Made by a program: the position numbers and the translations under genes
Shown: positions 18,586 through 26,974 of the stretch, piece by piece
How positions within the stretch are numbered: the stretch's first letter is position 1
Layout: each line of letters opens with the position of its first letter
The notes under the pieces: model-generated
Told to the model about the DNA's origin: nothing
The model's input: the letters and a program-made list of their open reading frames with translations, nothing else
The model's database searches: none
NCBI GenBank assembly: GCA_041613315.1
Contig: JBFJHJ010000015.1
Span: forward strand, 1,050-65,049
Reading direction: 5' to 3'
Source: Gemmatimonadales bacterium
GTDB taxonomy: Bacteria; Gemmatimonadota; Gemmatimonadetes; Gemmatimonadales; GWC2-71-9
DNA length: 64,000 bases

Positions 18586-18789
18586 TCAGTCCTTCAGGAC
18601 AAACGTGATCTTCAAGTTCACGCGATATTGCGTGACCTTCCCGTCCTTCACGTCGACCTTTACACCCTTGACCCACGCGCCGCGGATGCCGTCGAGCGTG
18701 CGGGACGCCCGCTCCACGCCCGACCGCACGGCGTCGTCGATGCTCTTGGTGGAGCTGGCCGTAATCTCGGTGACTTTGGCGACCGTCAT
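18586..18789 (-). CDS. Dodecin-family flavin-binding protein
   Basis: 67 aa. The pattern MTVAKVTEITASSTKSIDDAV...VKVDVKDGKVTQYRVNLKITF matches the dodecin fold signature. Confidence 0.85.
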   Translation of the reverse strand: MTVAKVTEITASSTKSIDDAVRSGVERASRTLDGIRGAWVKGVKVDVKDGKVTQYRVNLKITFVLKD

Positions 18790-18799
18790 GACCGGCCCC

Positions 18800-19207
18800 T
18801 CAGTGCGTGACCATGGGAGTCATGTCGGCGGCTTCCTTGACCCACTTCGCGACGGTGCCCGTGCCGGGCGTGGTGCGCGTCAGACGTTTACGCGTGTTCG
18901 CGTCCTTGAGCGCGGCCGCCAGGTTGTCGGCGTTGCGAGTGCGCAGCTCTTTCACCGTGTCGACACCGGCGGCCTCCAAGAGCTCGGAATACTCGGAGCC
19001 GATTCCGGAGATGCGCATGAGGTCGGCCAGATTCACCCACTTGAGGAGCTGGGCGGGGCTGATGCCGGTCCGCGCGCTCACGGTCTCCCGGCCCCGGGGG
19101 TCGCTGCACGACTTCAGCAAGTCGGCCGTCGTCCGGATGTTGACCAGCGTGAGCTTCTGCGCGTAACCCGGACCGATTCCTTCGATCTCTTCGATCTTGT
19201 ACGCCAT
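18800..19207 (-). CDS. DUF4332 domain protein (tandem helix-hairpin-helix-like)
   Basis: Begins MAYKIEEIEGIGPGYAQKL, with a second ISGIGSEYSELLEAAGV repeat. Start chosen at the ATG at 19207 rather than the ORF start at 19243. Confidence 0.7.
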   Translation of the reverse strand: MAYKIEEIEGIGPGYAQKLTLVNIRTTADLLKSCSDPRGRETVSARTGISPAQLLKWVNLADLMRISGIGSEYSELLEAAGVDTVKELRTRNADNLAAALKDANTRKRLTRTTPGTGTVAKWVKEAADMTPMVTH

Positions 19208-19314
19208 CGATACCGTCCTTTTGTAGGGCGTGGTGTAACTCAAGCATAGTCGGTCGGACTCCGATTCCCAACCCCGGCCGGATCAGGCGTAGCACCTACA
19301 CGCGAGGGGGGACG

Positions 19315-19770
19315 ATGTTCGATGATTTCAAGAAGTTTGCGGTGCGGGGCAACGTGGTGGACATGGCCGTCGGGATCATCATCGGCGGCGCCTTCGGGAC
19401 GATCGTGAAGTCACTGGTGTCCGACGTGCTGATGCCGCCCCTCGGGCTGCTGCTTGGCAACGTGGACTTCTCGGACCTGTTCGTGACGCTGCAGGAAGGA
19501 ACGACGGCGGGACCCTACGCCACCGTGGAGGCGGCACAGGCGGCGGGCGCCGTGACGATCAATTACGGCGTGTTCGTGGACAACGTCGTGAGCTTCTTGA
19601 TTGTCGCGATCGCGGTGTTCGTGCTGGTGCGAGGGGTCGCCCGTTTGCAGCACCAAGAGGAGAGCGCCCCGCCACCGCCCAGCAAGAAGGAGTGTTCATA
19701 CTGTTTCACGAAGGTACCCGTCAAGGCCAAGCGGTGCCCGCACTGCACGTCCCAGCTCGAAGCGGCCTAG
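19315..19770 (+). CDS. mscL: Large-conductance mechanosensitive channel with C-terminal zinc-ribbon tail
   Basis: FKKFAVRGNVVDMAVGIIIGGAFGTIV is the canonical MscL TM1. The C-terminus carries CSYC-x11-CPHC. Confidence 0.9.
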   Translation: MFDDFKKFAVRGNVVDMAVGIIIGGAFGTIVKSLVSDVLMPPLGLLLGNVDFSDLFVTLQEGTTAGPYATVEAAQAAGAVTINYGVFVDNVVSFLIVAIAVFVLVRGVARLQHQEESAPPPPSKKECSYCFTKVPVKAKRCPHCTSQLEAA

Positions 19771-19799
19771 GCGCCGCGAGCGCGTGCAGAGGCACCCGG

Positions 19800-20645
19800 T
19801 TACGGCACCCACTCGACCATGACGTCGCCGAGCGCGGCGTCGATGTCGACGAAGAGCGTCGCGGCGGCAGTGTCGTAGTTCGCGGAGTAGTACCGCCCGC
19901 CGCGGCGAGTGAAACCCTCCCGGTCGAACCCCACAAACAGCCGGGTGAGATCCACGGCAACCCCGAGGCTGGCGGGCAAGCGCAGGGTCATCTCGCCGAT
20001 CCCCATCTTCACGCTCACGCGGGTCTCGGCGCCCGCTTCCCACGCGCCGGTGAAATCCAGCGTGAACGCTCCTGCGGCACCGGCTACCTCGATGCGGCGG
20101 CAACGCGCGTTGCCGAGCCGAAGCAGCTGGATCTCGGCGGCTCCGGCCTTGAGGCTCAGGCGGTCGCAGGCGACGCGGTTGGGCTGGCTGAAGTCCACGG
20201 TGCTTTCACTGGCCCCGGTGCTGAGGTCCATCCGGGAAATCGCGAGGCCGCCGAGGTCGAGCTGGGCGTTGGCCGCCCCGAATGTGAAGTCGAGGCGCGT
20301 CGGCACGTTGGGAGATAGCGCGAGATCCAGCTCGTGGCGCTTGCCGTTCCCGTCGCCTCCTCGGACCTTGGTCACTTCAAGGCGGAGCTGCCGGCGTCGC
20401 GAATCGTACGTGGTCACGTGTGTGGCGCGGTCCTCGTCGTACGCTAGACGGGCGCGGTACAGCGCCGACGGTGACCCCGCAACAAGGTGCAGCCGGCCTT
20501 CCGCGAACCGCACGTCAACCCGAAGATCCTCCTCGCCGTGCGCCTGGCGGGTGAGCGTCACCGTGCGGAAGGACTGAGCCATACCGTCTCGCGGCGTGGC
20601 CGGCAGCGCGAGCAGCAGCGCCGCCAGCCCCCAGCGTGTGCTCAC
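19800..20645 (-). CDS. Secreted beta-rich repeat protein (DUF4097/toastrack-like)
   Basis: GTG start at 20645 forms a GTGA overlap with the upstream stop (20642-20644). Signal-like N-terminus WGLAALLLALPA. Repeated short beta-strand segments (LDLALS, LDFTFG, QLDLGG, MDLSTG, TVDFS) as in toastrack/putative-adhesin domains. The 606-aa listed ORF is an out-of-frame extension. Confidence 0.6.
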   Translation of the reverse strand: MSTRWGLAALLLALPATPRDGMAQSFRTVTLTRQAHGEEDLRVDVRFAEGRLHLVAGSPSALYRARLAYDEDRATHVTTYDSRRRQLRLEVTKVRGGDGNGKRHELDLALSPNVPTRLDFTFGAANAQLDLGGLAISRMDLSTGASESTVDFSQPNRVACDRLSLKAGAAEIQLLRLGNARCRRIEVAGAAGAFTLDFTGAWEAGAETRVSVKMGIGEMTLRLPASLGVAVDLTRLFVGFDREGFTRRGGRYYSANYDTAAATLFVDIDAALGDVMVEWVP

Positions 20646-21898
20646 GCGTCCGACTCCGACGCGCGCGCCCCGGAGCCACCGGGCGACGTGACCTCTCCCA
20701 GCGGCCAGAAGTGCTCGTCCGTCAACGCCTGGTCCAGCCGTCGGACGAACGTGCCGCGGATCCCCGCGCGAGTGATGAGCATGGCGCCGAACCCCGCCGT
20801 AGCGAGAATCCAGGTGAGCAGCGCCGCCGCGATCACGAAGACCATGCCGGCAACGGGAATCCACCCGAGGACGACGGCCGGAATCCAGATGGCGAGCAGT
20901 CCGCCCAGGCCGTAGAGGATGTAGGTGAACGGGACCCACGGCCCTGTGCCCGTGCGACGCTTCCACCGCCGCACGAAGATCTCTCCTACCGTCCGGGCGA
21001 TGGCGACGTAGCCGCCCGCGATCGCGAGCAGCAGCCCCACGAGGAACGCCACGACCGCGAACGGGATGACCAGAATCCCCACCACCGTGAGCACGAGGCC
21101 GGCGATCATGGCGCCGAACACGGGGATCACGAGCGGCTGCGCGAAGAGTCCGGCCAGGAACGAGCGGCCGAACGAATGCCAAACCATGTCGGACACCACC
21201 TCGAGCTGGCGTGGCGCAAAGAACAGGATGCCAAGTCCCATGAACGCCAGCGCCACGAACGTGCCCAGCAGGCTGCTGCCCGCGCCCACGATCTGGGCCA
21301 GCAACGAGGGGCCCGCATCGAGCCGGACGGATTGCTCGACGCGGACGCCGGGTGGACCGACGGGTGCCGGTGCGACGACCGGCGCGTGCTCGGCATGCGG
21401 CGCGTGAGCATCGGGCTGTGCCGGTGGCATCTCGGGGACGGGCGGGATCGCGAGGGCAGGAACCACAACCTCGCCGGCGGCGAGCTGCCGCACCGCATCC
21501 CGCACCGCACCCAGGCTCGTCTCCTCGGCACGGTCGAGTCCCACGGCTCGGAGCGCCCGCGCCGCCGCGAGGAGATCGGCGGTCTCCATCTCGCCGGCCG
21601 TGGCCACGAGCGCGCGCCACGACTGCTCGAGGCTACCTCCCGATCGGTACTCGCCGACGACGGCCGGGCCGACTCGGACCGCGCCGTTGCGGAGCGAGAC
21701 GGTGAGCTGCTCGCCGTTCGAGAGCTCGAAGGTGAGCGCGGCCTCTCGGCCCGACAGCGCGCCCGTATGGGCGACCACCGTTGGCGCCGCAGGCTGCTGG
21801 CGGGCCAGCGCGGCGCCCGAGGACCCAAGGCACAGGGCCGCGGCGAGCACCAGCGGGCCGCCGGCGCTAACGCACCGCATGGCGCACTCCCTTCGCAC
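20642..21898 (-). CDS. Polytopic membrane protein with periplasmic N-domain and Pro-rich linker
   Basis: Signal peptide (LVLAAALCLGSSGAALA), a ~150-aa soluble part, a PPVPEMPPAQP...APAPVGPPG linker, then about 6 TM helices. Lies in the ECF sigma operon. Confidence 0.6.
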   Translation of the reverse strand: MRRECAMRCVSAGGPLVLAAALCLGSSGAALARQQPAAPTVVAHTGALSGREAALTFELSNGEQLTVSLRNGAVRVGPAVVGEYRSGGSLEQSWRALVATAGEMETADLLAAARALRAVGLDRAEETSLGAVRDAVRQLAAGEVVVPALAIPPVPEMPPAQPDAHAPHAEHAPVVAPAPVGPPGVRVEQSVRLDAGPSLLAQIVGAGSSLLGTFVALAFMGLGILFFAPRQLEVVSDMVWHSFGRSFLAGLFAQPLVIPVFGAMIAGLVLTVVGILVIPFAVVAFLVGLLLAIAGGYVAIARTVGEIFVRRWKRRTGTGPWVPFTYILYGLGGLLAIWIPAVVLGWIPVAGMVFVIAAALLTWILATAGFGAMLITRAGIRGTFVRRLDQALTDEHFWPLGEVTSPGGSGARASESDA

Positions 21899-22382
21899 TC
21901 CTCGCCGGTCCCGCGAGCCGGTAGAGACCCCAGGTTGACACGGTCATGACCGTGAGCGCCGCGCCGCTCAAGGCGGCCACGACGGTCCCGCTCGGGAGCA
22001 GCGTGGTGATCGTCGGCGTCACCAGGTCGAAGCCTCGGGCCAGGTAGTCGCGCCCGGTCTCGACGAGCCACGGCCACGCGTCCGACGTCAGCCGCGCCAG
22101 GCCGGACGTCGCGCGGTCGGGGAACGTGGCAATGAGAACGGCGAGGGCCGCCTGCCACAAGAAGGCGCCGGCTGCGAGCACTGCCACGCCCGCACGGATC
22201 CGGTGCGGAGGCAGCACGCGTTCCCGGAGCTGGCGGAGCCAGCGCGGTACGGGGCGCCACACCCGGGCGAGCACCCGCTCGACGAACCCCGGGGATGGGG
22301 TAAACGCCTGCAGGGTAGAGACATAGCGCCGGATGGCGTGGTCGTCGGCGGGGTCCAGCCCGCCGGGAATCAGGTCGTCCAT
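21867..22382 (-). CDS. Putative anti-sigma factor (membrane protein immediately downstream of ECF sigma)
   Basis: 171 aa with a cytoplasmic N-terminal ~60 aa followed by TM helices (AGVAVLAAGAFLWQAALAVLIA). Position after the sigma gene is typical. No zf-HC2 motif seen. Confidence 0.45.
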   Translation of the reverse strand: MDDLIPGGLDPADDHAIRRYVSTLQAFTPSPGFVERVLARVWRPVPRWLRQLRERVLPPHRIRAGVAVLAAGAFLWQAALAVLIATFPDRATSGLARLTSDAWPWLVETGRDYLARGFDLVTPTITTLLPSGTVVAALSGAALTVMTVSTWGLYRLAGPARSAKGVRHAVR

Positions 22383-22416
22383 GCTGTCTCCCTTACGGAG
22401 CCATGGGTTGGGAGTT

Positions 22417-23019
22417 TCACTCTTTCAAGGGGGCCAGGGCCTCTTTCAACTCGGCCCTGGCCCGGTGGATGTAGGTCTTCACCGTGCCCAGGGGGAGCCC
22501 CAAAATCTCGGCGATTTCTTCGTACGGACGATCCTCCAGGTGGCGCAGGATGATGCAGGCGCGGTACTCGGGTCGCAGGGAGGCGATCGCACGCTCGATG
22601 TGTCCTCCCAGCTCCCGTGCCTCCAGTTCCTCGAGGGGGGATTCGCCGCGGGCGCCAATCTGGAGCGCCGTCGCCGCCTGTCGGTCCGGGGTCAGTGCGT
22701 CGGGGCCGCCCTCGATCGAGAGCGTTTCCAGCTCACGCCGCCGGAGATGATCGATGGCGGCGTTGTTCGCGATCTTGAAAATCCACGAGGAGAACTTGAA
22801 CTCGGGGCGGTAGCGCTCGATGGCGTTCAAGACCTTGACGAACGTCTCCTGGGCCAGGTCTTCAGCGAGCTCCCGGTCGCGCACCATCCGGTAGATCAGG
22901 GAGAAGACCGGACGCTGGTAGCGTCGGGTCAACTCCCGGTAGGCCGCCTCCGCGCCGCCCAGGGCGTATTCGACCACCTCTTGGTCGCTGAGGGTGGAGA
23001 GGTCGAGGGGAGCGTGCAT
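22417..23019 (-). CDS. ECF-type RNA polymerase sigma factor (sigma-70 family regions 2 and 4)
   Basis: Region 2: YRELTRRYQRPVFSLIYRMVRDRELAEDLAQETFVKV. Region 4: RACIILRHLEDRPYEEIAEILGLPLGTVKTYIHRAR. Start taken at MHAPLD (23019). Confidence 0.9.
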   Translation of the reverse strand: MHAPLDLSTLSDQEVVEYALGGAEAAYRELTRRYQRPVFSLIYRMVRDRELAEDLAQETFVKVLNAIERYRPEFKFSSWIFKIANNAAIDHLRRRELETLSIEGGPDALTPDRQAATALQIGARGESPLEELEARELGGHIERAIASLRPEYRACIILRHLEDRPYEEIAEILGLPLGTVKTYIHRARAELKEALAPLKE

Positions 23020-23111
23020 CGCGGTCAGGCCCTTACGGCGCTCGTGTGCGGCCGGTTTCGATCTGCACCGCGCTTGCGGCAAGTTCAAGCGCGCCAGTAT
23101 GTTTTGCGCCT

Positions 23112-23843
23112 ATGACGCCGACGCCCCCGAGCTTCCCCACGCTGGGCGGCGACGCGAAGCGGTCGTACGTGCGGGAGATGTTCACGGCCATCGCGCCGCG
23201 GTACGACCTGTTGAACCACCTCCTCAGCTTCAACATCGACCGGCGCTGGCGCCGCCGCGCGGTCGCGCTGCTCGGCTGGCCGGCGGCGCCCGGCGGCACG
23301 TACCTGGACCTGTGTGCCGGCACGATGGATCTGGCGGCCGCGTTGGCCACGCAACCCGGGTTTCGAGGCCGTGTCGTCGGCGCCGACTTCGTCGTGCCGA
23401 TGCTACGCCGCGGCCTGGGCAAGGCGCGCGACCTGCGCGCCGTCGGTGCCGACGCGTTGGAGCTTCCGTTCCCAACCGCGGTGTATGACGGGTGCCTCGT
23501 GGGGTTCGGAGTGCGCAACTTGGCGGACGTACACGACGGATTCCGGGAGATCGCGCGCGTCGTGCGACCTGGCGGGCGGGTCGTGATTCTCGAGTTCGCG
23601 ACGCCCACCGCCTGGCCGATCCGGCCTCTGTATCAGTTCTACTTCCAGCGCGTGCTCCCGTGGATCGGCCGAACGGTGTCCAAACATACGGACGCTTACT
23701 CGTACCTGCCAGACTCGGTGACGCGGTTCCCGGAGCCGGACGGCGTGGCCAGGTGGCTCGCCGCCGCCGGGTTCCGAGACGTGCGGTACGAGCGGCTCAC
23801 GTTCGGGATCGCGGTGCTGTATATCGGGACGAGGGATACCTGA
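23112..23843 (+). CDS. ubiE: Demethylmenaquinone/ubiquinone C-methyltransferase
   Basis: MFTAIAPRYDLLNHLLSF plus the SAM-binding YLDLCAGTMD and FGVRNL motifs, characteristic of UbiE/MenG. Confidence 0.9.
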   Translation: MTPTPPSFPTLGGDAKRSYVREMFTAIAPRYDLLNHLLSFNIDRRWRRRAVALLGWPAAPGGTYLDLCAGTMDLAAALATQPGFRGRVVGADFVVPMLRRGLGKARDLRAVGADALELPFPTAVYDGCLVGFGVRNLADVHDGFREIARVVRPGGRVVILEFATPTAWPIRPLYQFYFQRVLPWIGRTVSKHTDAYSYLPDSVTRFPEPDGVARWLAAAGFRDVRYERLTFGIAVLYIGTRDT

Positions 23844-23844
23844 G

Positions 23845-25356
23845 ATGACGCTCGAGTGTCTGCGCGACTTCATCACGCAGCTCGACTCCTGCGGCGAGCT
23901 GGTCACGGTGACGCACCCCGTCTCCGTCGTCACAGAGATCGCCGAGGTTGCCGATCGCTGCATGAAGAGTGCGGGCGGCGGTCCGGCGCTCCTCTTCGAG
24001 CGTCCGGTGCTGGCGAACGGGCGGCCCAGCGAGGTGCCGGTCGGCATCAATCTCTTCGGCTCCGCCCGGCGGATCGCCATGGCGCTCGGTGTTGAGGACC
24101 TCGACGCGATCGGGGCGCGGATCACCGAGCTGACCGCCCTCAAGGTCCCCGACGGGTGGCGGGAGAAGCTGGCACTGCTGCCCAAGCTCGCCGAGATCGC
24201 CAAGTACCCACCGCGCACGGTCTCGGGCGCGCCGCCGTGCCAAGCCGTGGTGCTCCGCGGCGGCGAGGTGGACGTCGAGCGCCTGCCCAACATCACCTGC
24301 TGGCCGGGAGACGGCGGCGCCTACATCACGCTGCCGCAAGTGGTGACGCGCGACCCCGCGACCGGCGTCCGCAACGTCGGCATGTACCGTGTGCAGGTGT
24401 TGGGTCGCGACCGCCTGGCGATGCATTGGCAGCGGCACAAGGTGGGGGCCGCGCATTGGCGCGACCTGGCGGCCCGCGGCGAGACCATGCCGGTCGCGAT
24501 CGCGCTCGGGGGCGACCCGCCGTCGATCTACGCCGCGTCCGCGCCCCTGCCCCCCAACGTGGATGAGTACGTCTTCGCGGGATTTCTTCGACGGAAGCCC
24601 GTGCGACTCGCGCGGTGCGTGACGAGCGATCTCCTGGTGCCGGCCGAGGCGGACATTGTGATCGAGGGCGTGATCGATCCCGCGGAGCCGCTGGTGCTGG
24701 AGGGGCCGTTCGGCGACCACACCGGGTTCTACTCTCTCGCGGATTACTACCCGGCGGTGCAGGTGACCGCCGTTACCATGCGCCAGGACCCGATCTATCC
24801 CACGACGATCGTGGGCCAGCCACCGATGGAGGATTTCTACCTGGGCCACGCCACGGAGCGTATCTTCTTGCCGCTCCTGCGGCTCACCGTGCCGGAGATC
24901 GTGGACTACCACATGCCGGCGTACGGGATCTTCCACAACCTGGTCTTCGTGAGCATCGACAAGCAGTATCCAGGGCAGGCGTACAAGGTGATGAACGCGC
25001 TCTGGGGCATGGGCTTGATGTCCCTGGCGAAGCTGATCGTGGTTCTCGACCGGGACGTGAACGTGCGGAATGCCGAGGAAGCGTGGTGGGTGGCGCTCAA
25101 CCACATCGATCCCGAGCGGGACGTCCGGTTCACGATGGGGCCGATCGACGTGTTGGATCACGCGTCGCGGGCCTTTACCTACGGGTCGAAGATGGGCATC
25201 GACGCCACGCGCAAGTGGAAGGAGGAAGGGTTCGACCGCGAGTGGCCCGCGCGTATCGTGATGGACGAGGAGACAAAGGCGCGAGTAGACGCCATGTGGG
25301 AGGACTTGGGGATCCCACTGGCGCGGCGGCGGGACGGAGGAGACGGACGACGATAA
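23845..25356 (+). CDS. UbiD-family (prenylated-FMN-dependent) decarboxylase, menaquinone-pathway type
   Basis: 503 aa. RNVGMYRVQV and GPFGDHTGFY motifs typical of UbiD. Starts 2 nt after the ubiE stop. Confidence 0.9.
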   Translation: MTLECLRDFITQLDSCGELVTVTHPVSVVTEIAEVADRCMKSAGGGPALLFERPVLANGRPSEVPVGINLFGSARRIAMALGVEDLDAIGARITELTALKVPDGWREKLALLPKLAEIAKYPPRTVSGAPPCQAVVLRGGEVDVERLPNITCWPGDGGAYITLPQVVTRDPATGVRNVGMYRVQVLGRDRLAMHWQRHKVGAAHWRDLAARGETMPVAIALGGDPPSIYAASAPLPPNVDEYVFAGFLRRKPVRLARCVTSDLLVPAEADIVIEGVIDPAEPLVLEGPFGDHTGFYSLADYYPAVQVTAVTMRQDPIYPTTIVGQPPMEDFYLGHATERIFLPLLRLTVPEIVDYHMPAYGIFHNLVFVSIDKQYPGQAYKVMNALWGMGLMSLAKLIVVLDRDVNVRNAEEAWWVALNHIDPERDVRFTMGPIDVLDHASRAFTYGSKMGIDATRKWKEEGFDREWPARIVMDEETKARVDAMWEDLGIPLARRRDGGDGRR

Positions 25357-25369
25357 CGCGGAGTCCACC

Positions 25370-26038
25370 GTGAAGATCGGCATTCTGGGTACGGGGTCCG
25401 TGGGACGGGCACTCGGCACGAAGTTCGCCGAGCGAGGTCACCAGGTGATGCTGGGGTCGCGCACGGCCGATAACGAACGCGCTCGCGCCTGGGCCAAGGC
25501 GGTGGGGCGACGAGCGTCGCACGGCACGTTTGCCGACGCCGCCGGTTTCGGTTCGATCGTCCTCAACTGCACCGCCGGCGTGACGTCGCTGGACGCGCTG
25601 GCGCTCGCCGGAGCGGAGCAACTCCGGGGGAAAACGCTCGTCGACGTCGCGAACCCGTTGGATTTTTCGCGGGGCATGCCTCCCACGCTGACGGTGTGCG
25701 ACACCGACTCGTTGGGCGAACAGATCCAACGGGCGTTTCCCGACACCAAGGTCGTGAAGACCCTCAATACCGTGAACGTGGCGGTGATGGTGAATCCTGG
25801 GGTGGTGCCCGGCGACCACGATCTCATCGTGTGCGGCAACGACGCCGACGCCAAAGCAGCGGTGACGGAGCTCCTCGTCCACGATCTCGGCTGGAAGCGC
25901 GAGAACGTGATCGACCTCGGCGACATCAGAATGGCGCGCGGGATGGAGATGTGGTTGGCGCTCTGGATCAGGCTCTTCGTGCGCTTCGGGCACCCGCACT
26001 TCAACCTCCACCTCCGCGTGGGGAAGAAGCCGGCGTAG
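25370..26038 (+). CDS. NADP oxidoreductase, coenzyme F420-dependent family (NpdG/ProC-like Rossmann reductase)
   Basis: MKIGILGTGSVGRALGTKFAERGHQV dinucleotide-binding N-terminus. About 220 aa, as in F420:NADP oxidoreductase-like proteins. Confidence 0.7.
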   Translation: MKIGILGTGSVGRALGTKFAERGHQVMLGSRTADNERARAWAKAVGRRASHGTFADAAGFGSIVLNCTAGVTSLDALALAGAEQLRGKTLVDVANPLDFSRGMPPTLTVCDTDSLGEQIQRAFPDTKVVKTLNTVNVAVMVNPGVVPGDHDLIVCGNDADAKAAVTELLVHDLGWKRENVIDLGDIRMARGMEMWLALWIRLFVRFGHPHFNLHLRVGKKPA

Positions 26039-26041
26039 GTC

Positions 26042-26968
26042 GTGCTGTCCTCCGCGGAGGGCCGGGTACGGGCGGGCGGCGGTGTGGACGGGCAGACGTT
26101 CGCCGCGAACTCGCTGTTCGCCCGGTACGTCAATCTCGTCAAGCTCCCGCACACGGTGTTCGCCCTCCCCTTCGCGTTGCTGGGCGTGGTCTACGCCTCG
26201 ATGGAAGCGGCCGTCACGGCGGAAATAGTAGCGCTGGTGATCGTGGCGTTCACCGCGGTCCGGTTCACGGCCATGGGGTTCAACCGGATCGCCGACCGGC
26301 AGCTCGACGTTCTGAATCCGAGGACTGCCGGTCGTGAGCTACCCGCCGGCCGTCTGTCGCTCACGGCGGCGGCCGTCGCGGTAGCGGTGGCGTCCGCGGC
26401 GTTCGTGATCGCTGCGGCGCTGCTCAATCCGCTCTGCCTCGTGCTCAGCCCCCTGGCCCTGCTCTGGGTGCTCGGCTACAGCTACACGAAGCGGTTCACG
26501 AGCTGGTCCCATCTCTGGCTGGGAGGAGCACTGGCCATGGCGCCCGCGGGAGGGTACCTCGCGGTGACGGGCGCATGGAGCGATCCCTGGTGGACGCTGC
26601 CGGCGATCGGCGGTGCGGTGCTCACCTGGGTCGCGGGGTTCGACGTCTTCTACGCGTTGCAGGATGAGGACTTCGACCGGGCGCACGGGCTCCGGAGCAT
26701 GGTGGTGCTGTTGGGCCGCCGCCGCGCGATCCGGGCGGGCGAGCTGCTGCACGGCGCGACGATCGTTCTCCTCGTGGCGTTCGGGATGGGCACCGGCTTC
26801 GACATCGTGTACTACGTCGGCGTTGGCGTGGCCGCGCTCATCCTGGCGTGGGAGCACCGCCTCGTCCGGCCCGAGGATCTGTCGCGGCTCGACGCAGCGT
26901 TCTTCCGGATGAACGGGATCATGAGTATTGTCGTGTTTCTCTTCGCACTCGGAGATCGACTGCTGTGA
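26042..26968 (+). CDS. UbiA-family aromatic prenyltransferase (MqnP/4-hydroxybenzoate polyprenyltransferase-like)
   Basis: Asp-rich motifs NRIADRQLD and YALQDEDFD. About 8 TM helices. The exact start is uncertain. Confidence 0.85.
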   Translation: MLSSAEGRVRAGGGVDGQTFAANSLFARYVNLVKLPHTVFALPFALLGVVYASMEAAVTAEIVALVIVAFTAVRFTAMGFNRIADRQLDVLNPRTAGRELPAGRLSLTAAAVAVAVASAAFVIAAALLNPLCLVLSPLALLWVLGYSYTKRFTSWSHLWLGGALAMAPAGGYLAVTGAWSDPWWTLPAIGGAVLTWVAGFDVFYALQDEDFDRAHGLRSMVVLLGRRRAIRAGELLHGATIVLLVAFGMGTGFDIVYYVGVGVAALILAWEHRLVRPEDLSRLDAAFFRMNGIMSIVVFLFALGDRLL

Positions 26969-26974
26969 ACGGGG

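Noticed and set aside
19800-21620. 606-aa ORF on the minus strand
   Set aside because: Only the last 281 codons, from GTG at 20645, look protein-like. The upstream part is Arg/Gly-rich and overlaps the well-formed 418-aa membrane protein in another frame.
23059-23087. ECF-type autoregulated promoter upstream of the sigma factor gene
   Set aside because: A -35-like TGAACTT is present on the minus strand. The sequence 16-17 nt downstream (AGATCGA) does not match the CGTC/TCTGA-type -10 elements I know, so this is mentioned only in a finding and not called as a feature.
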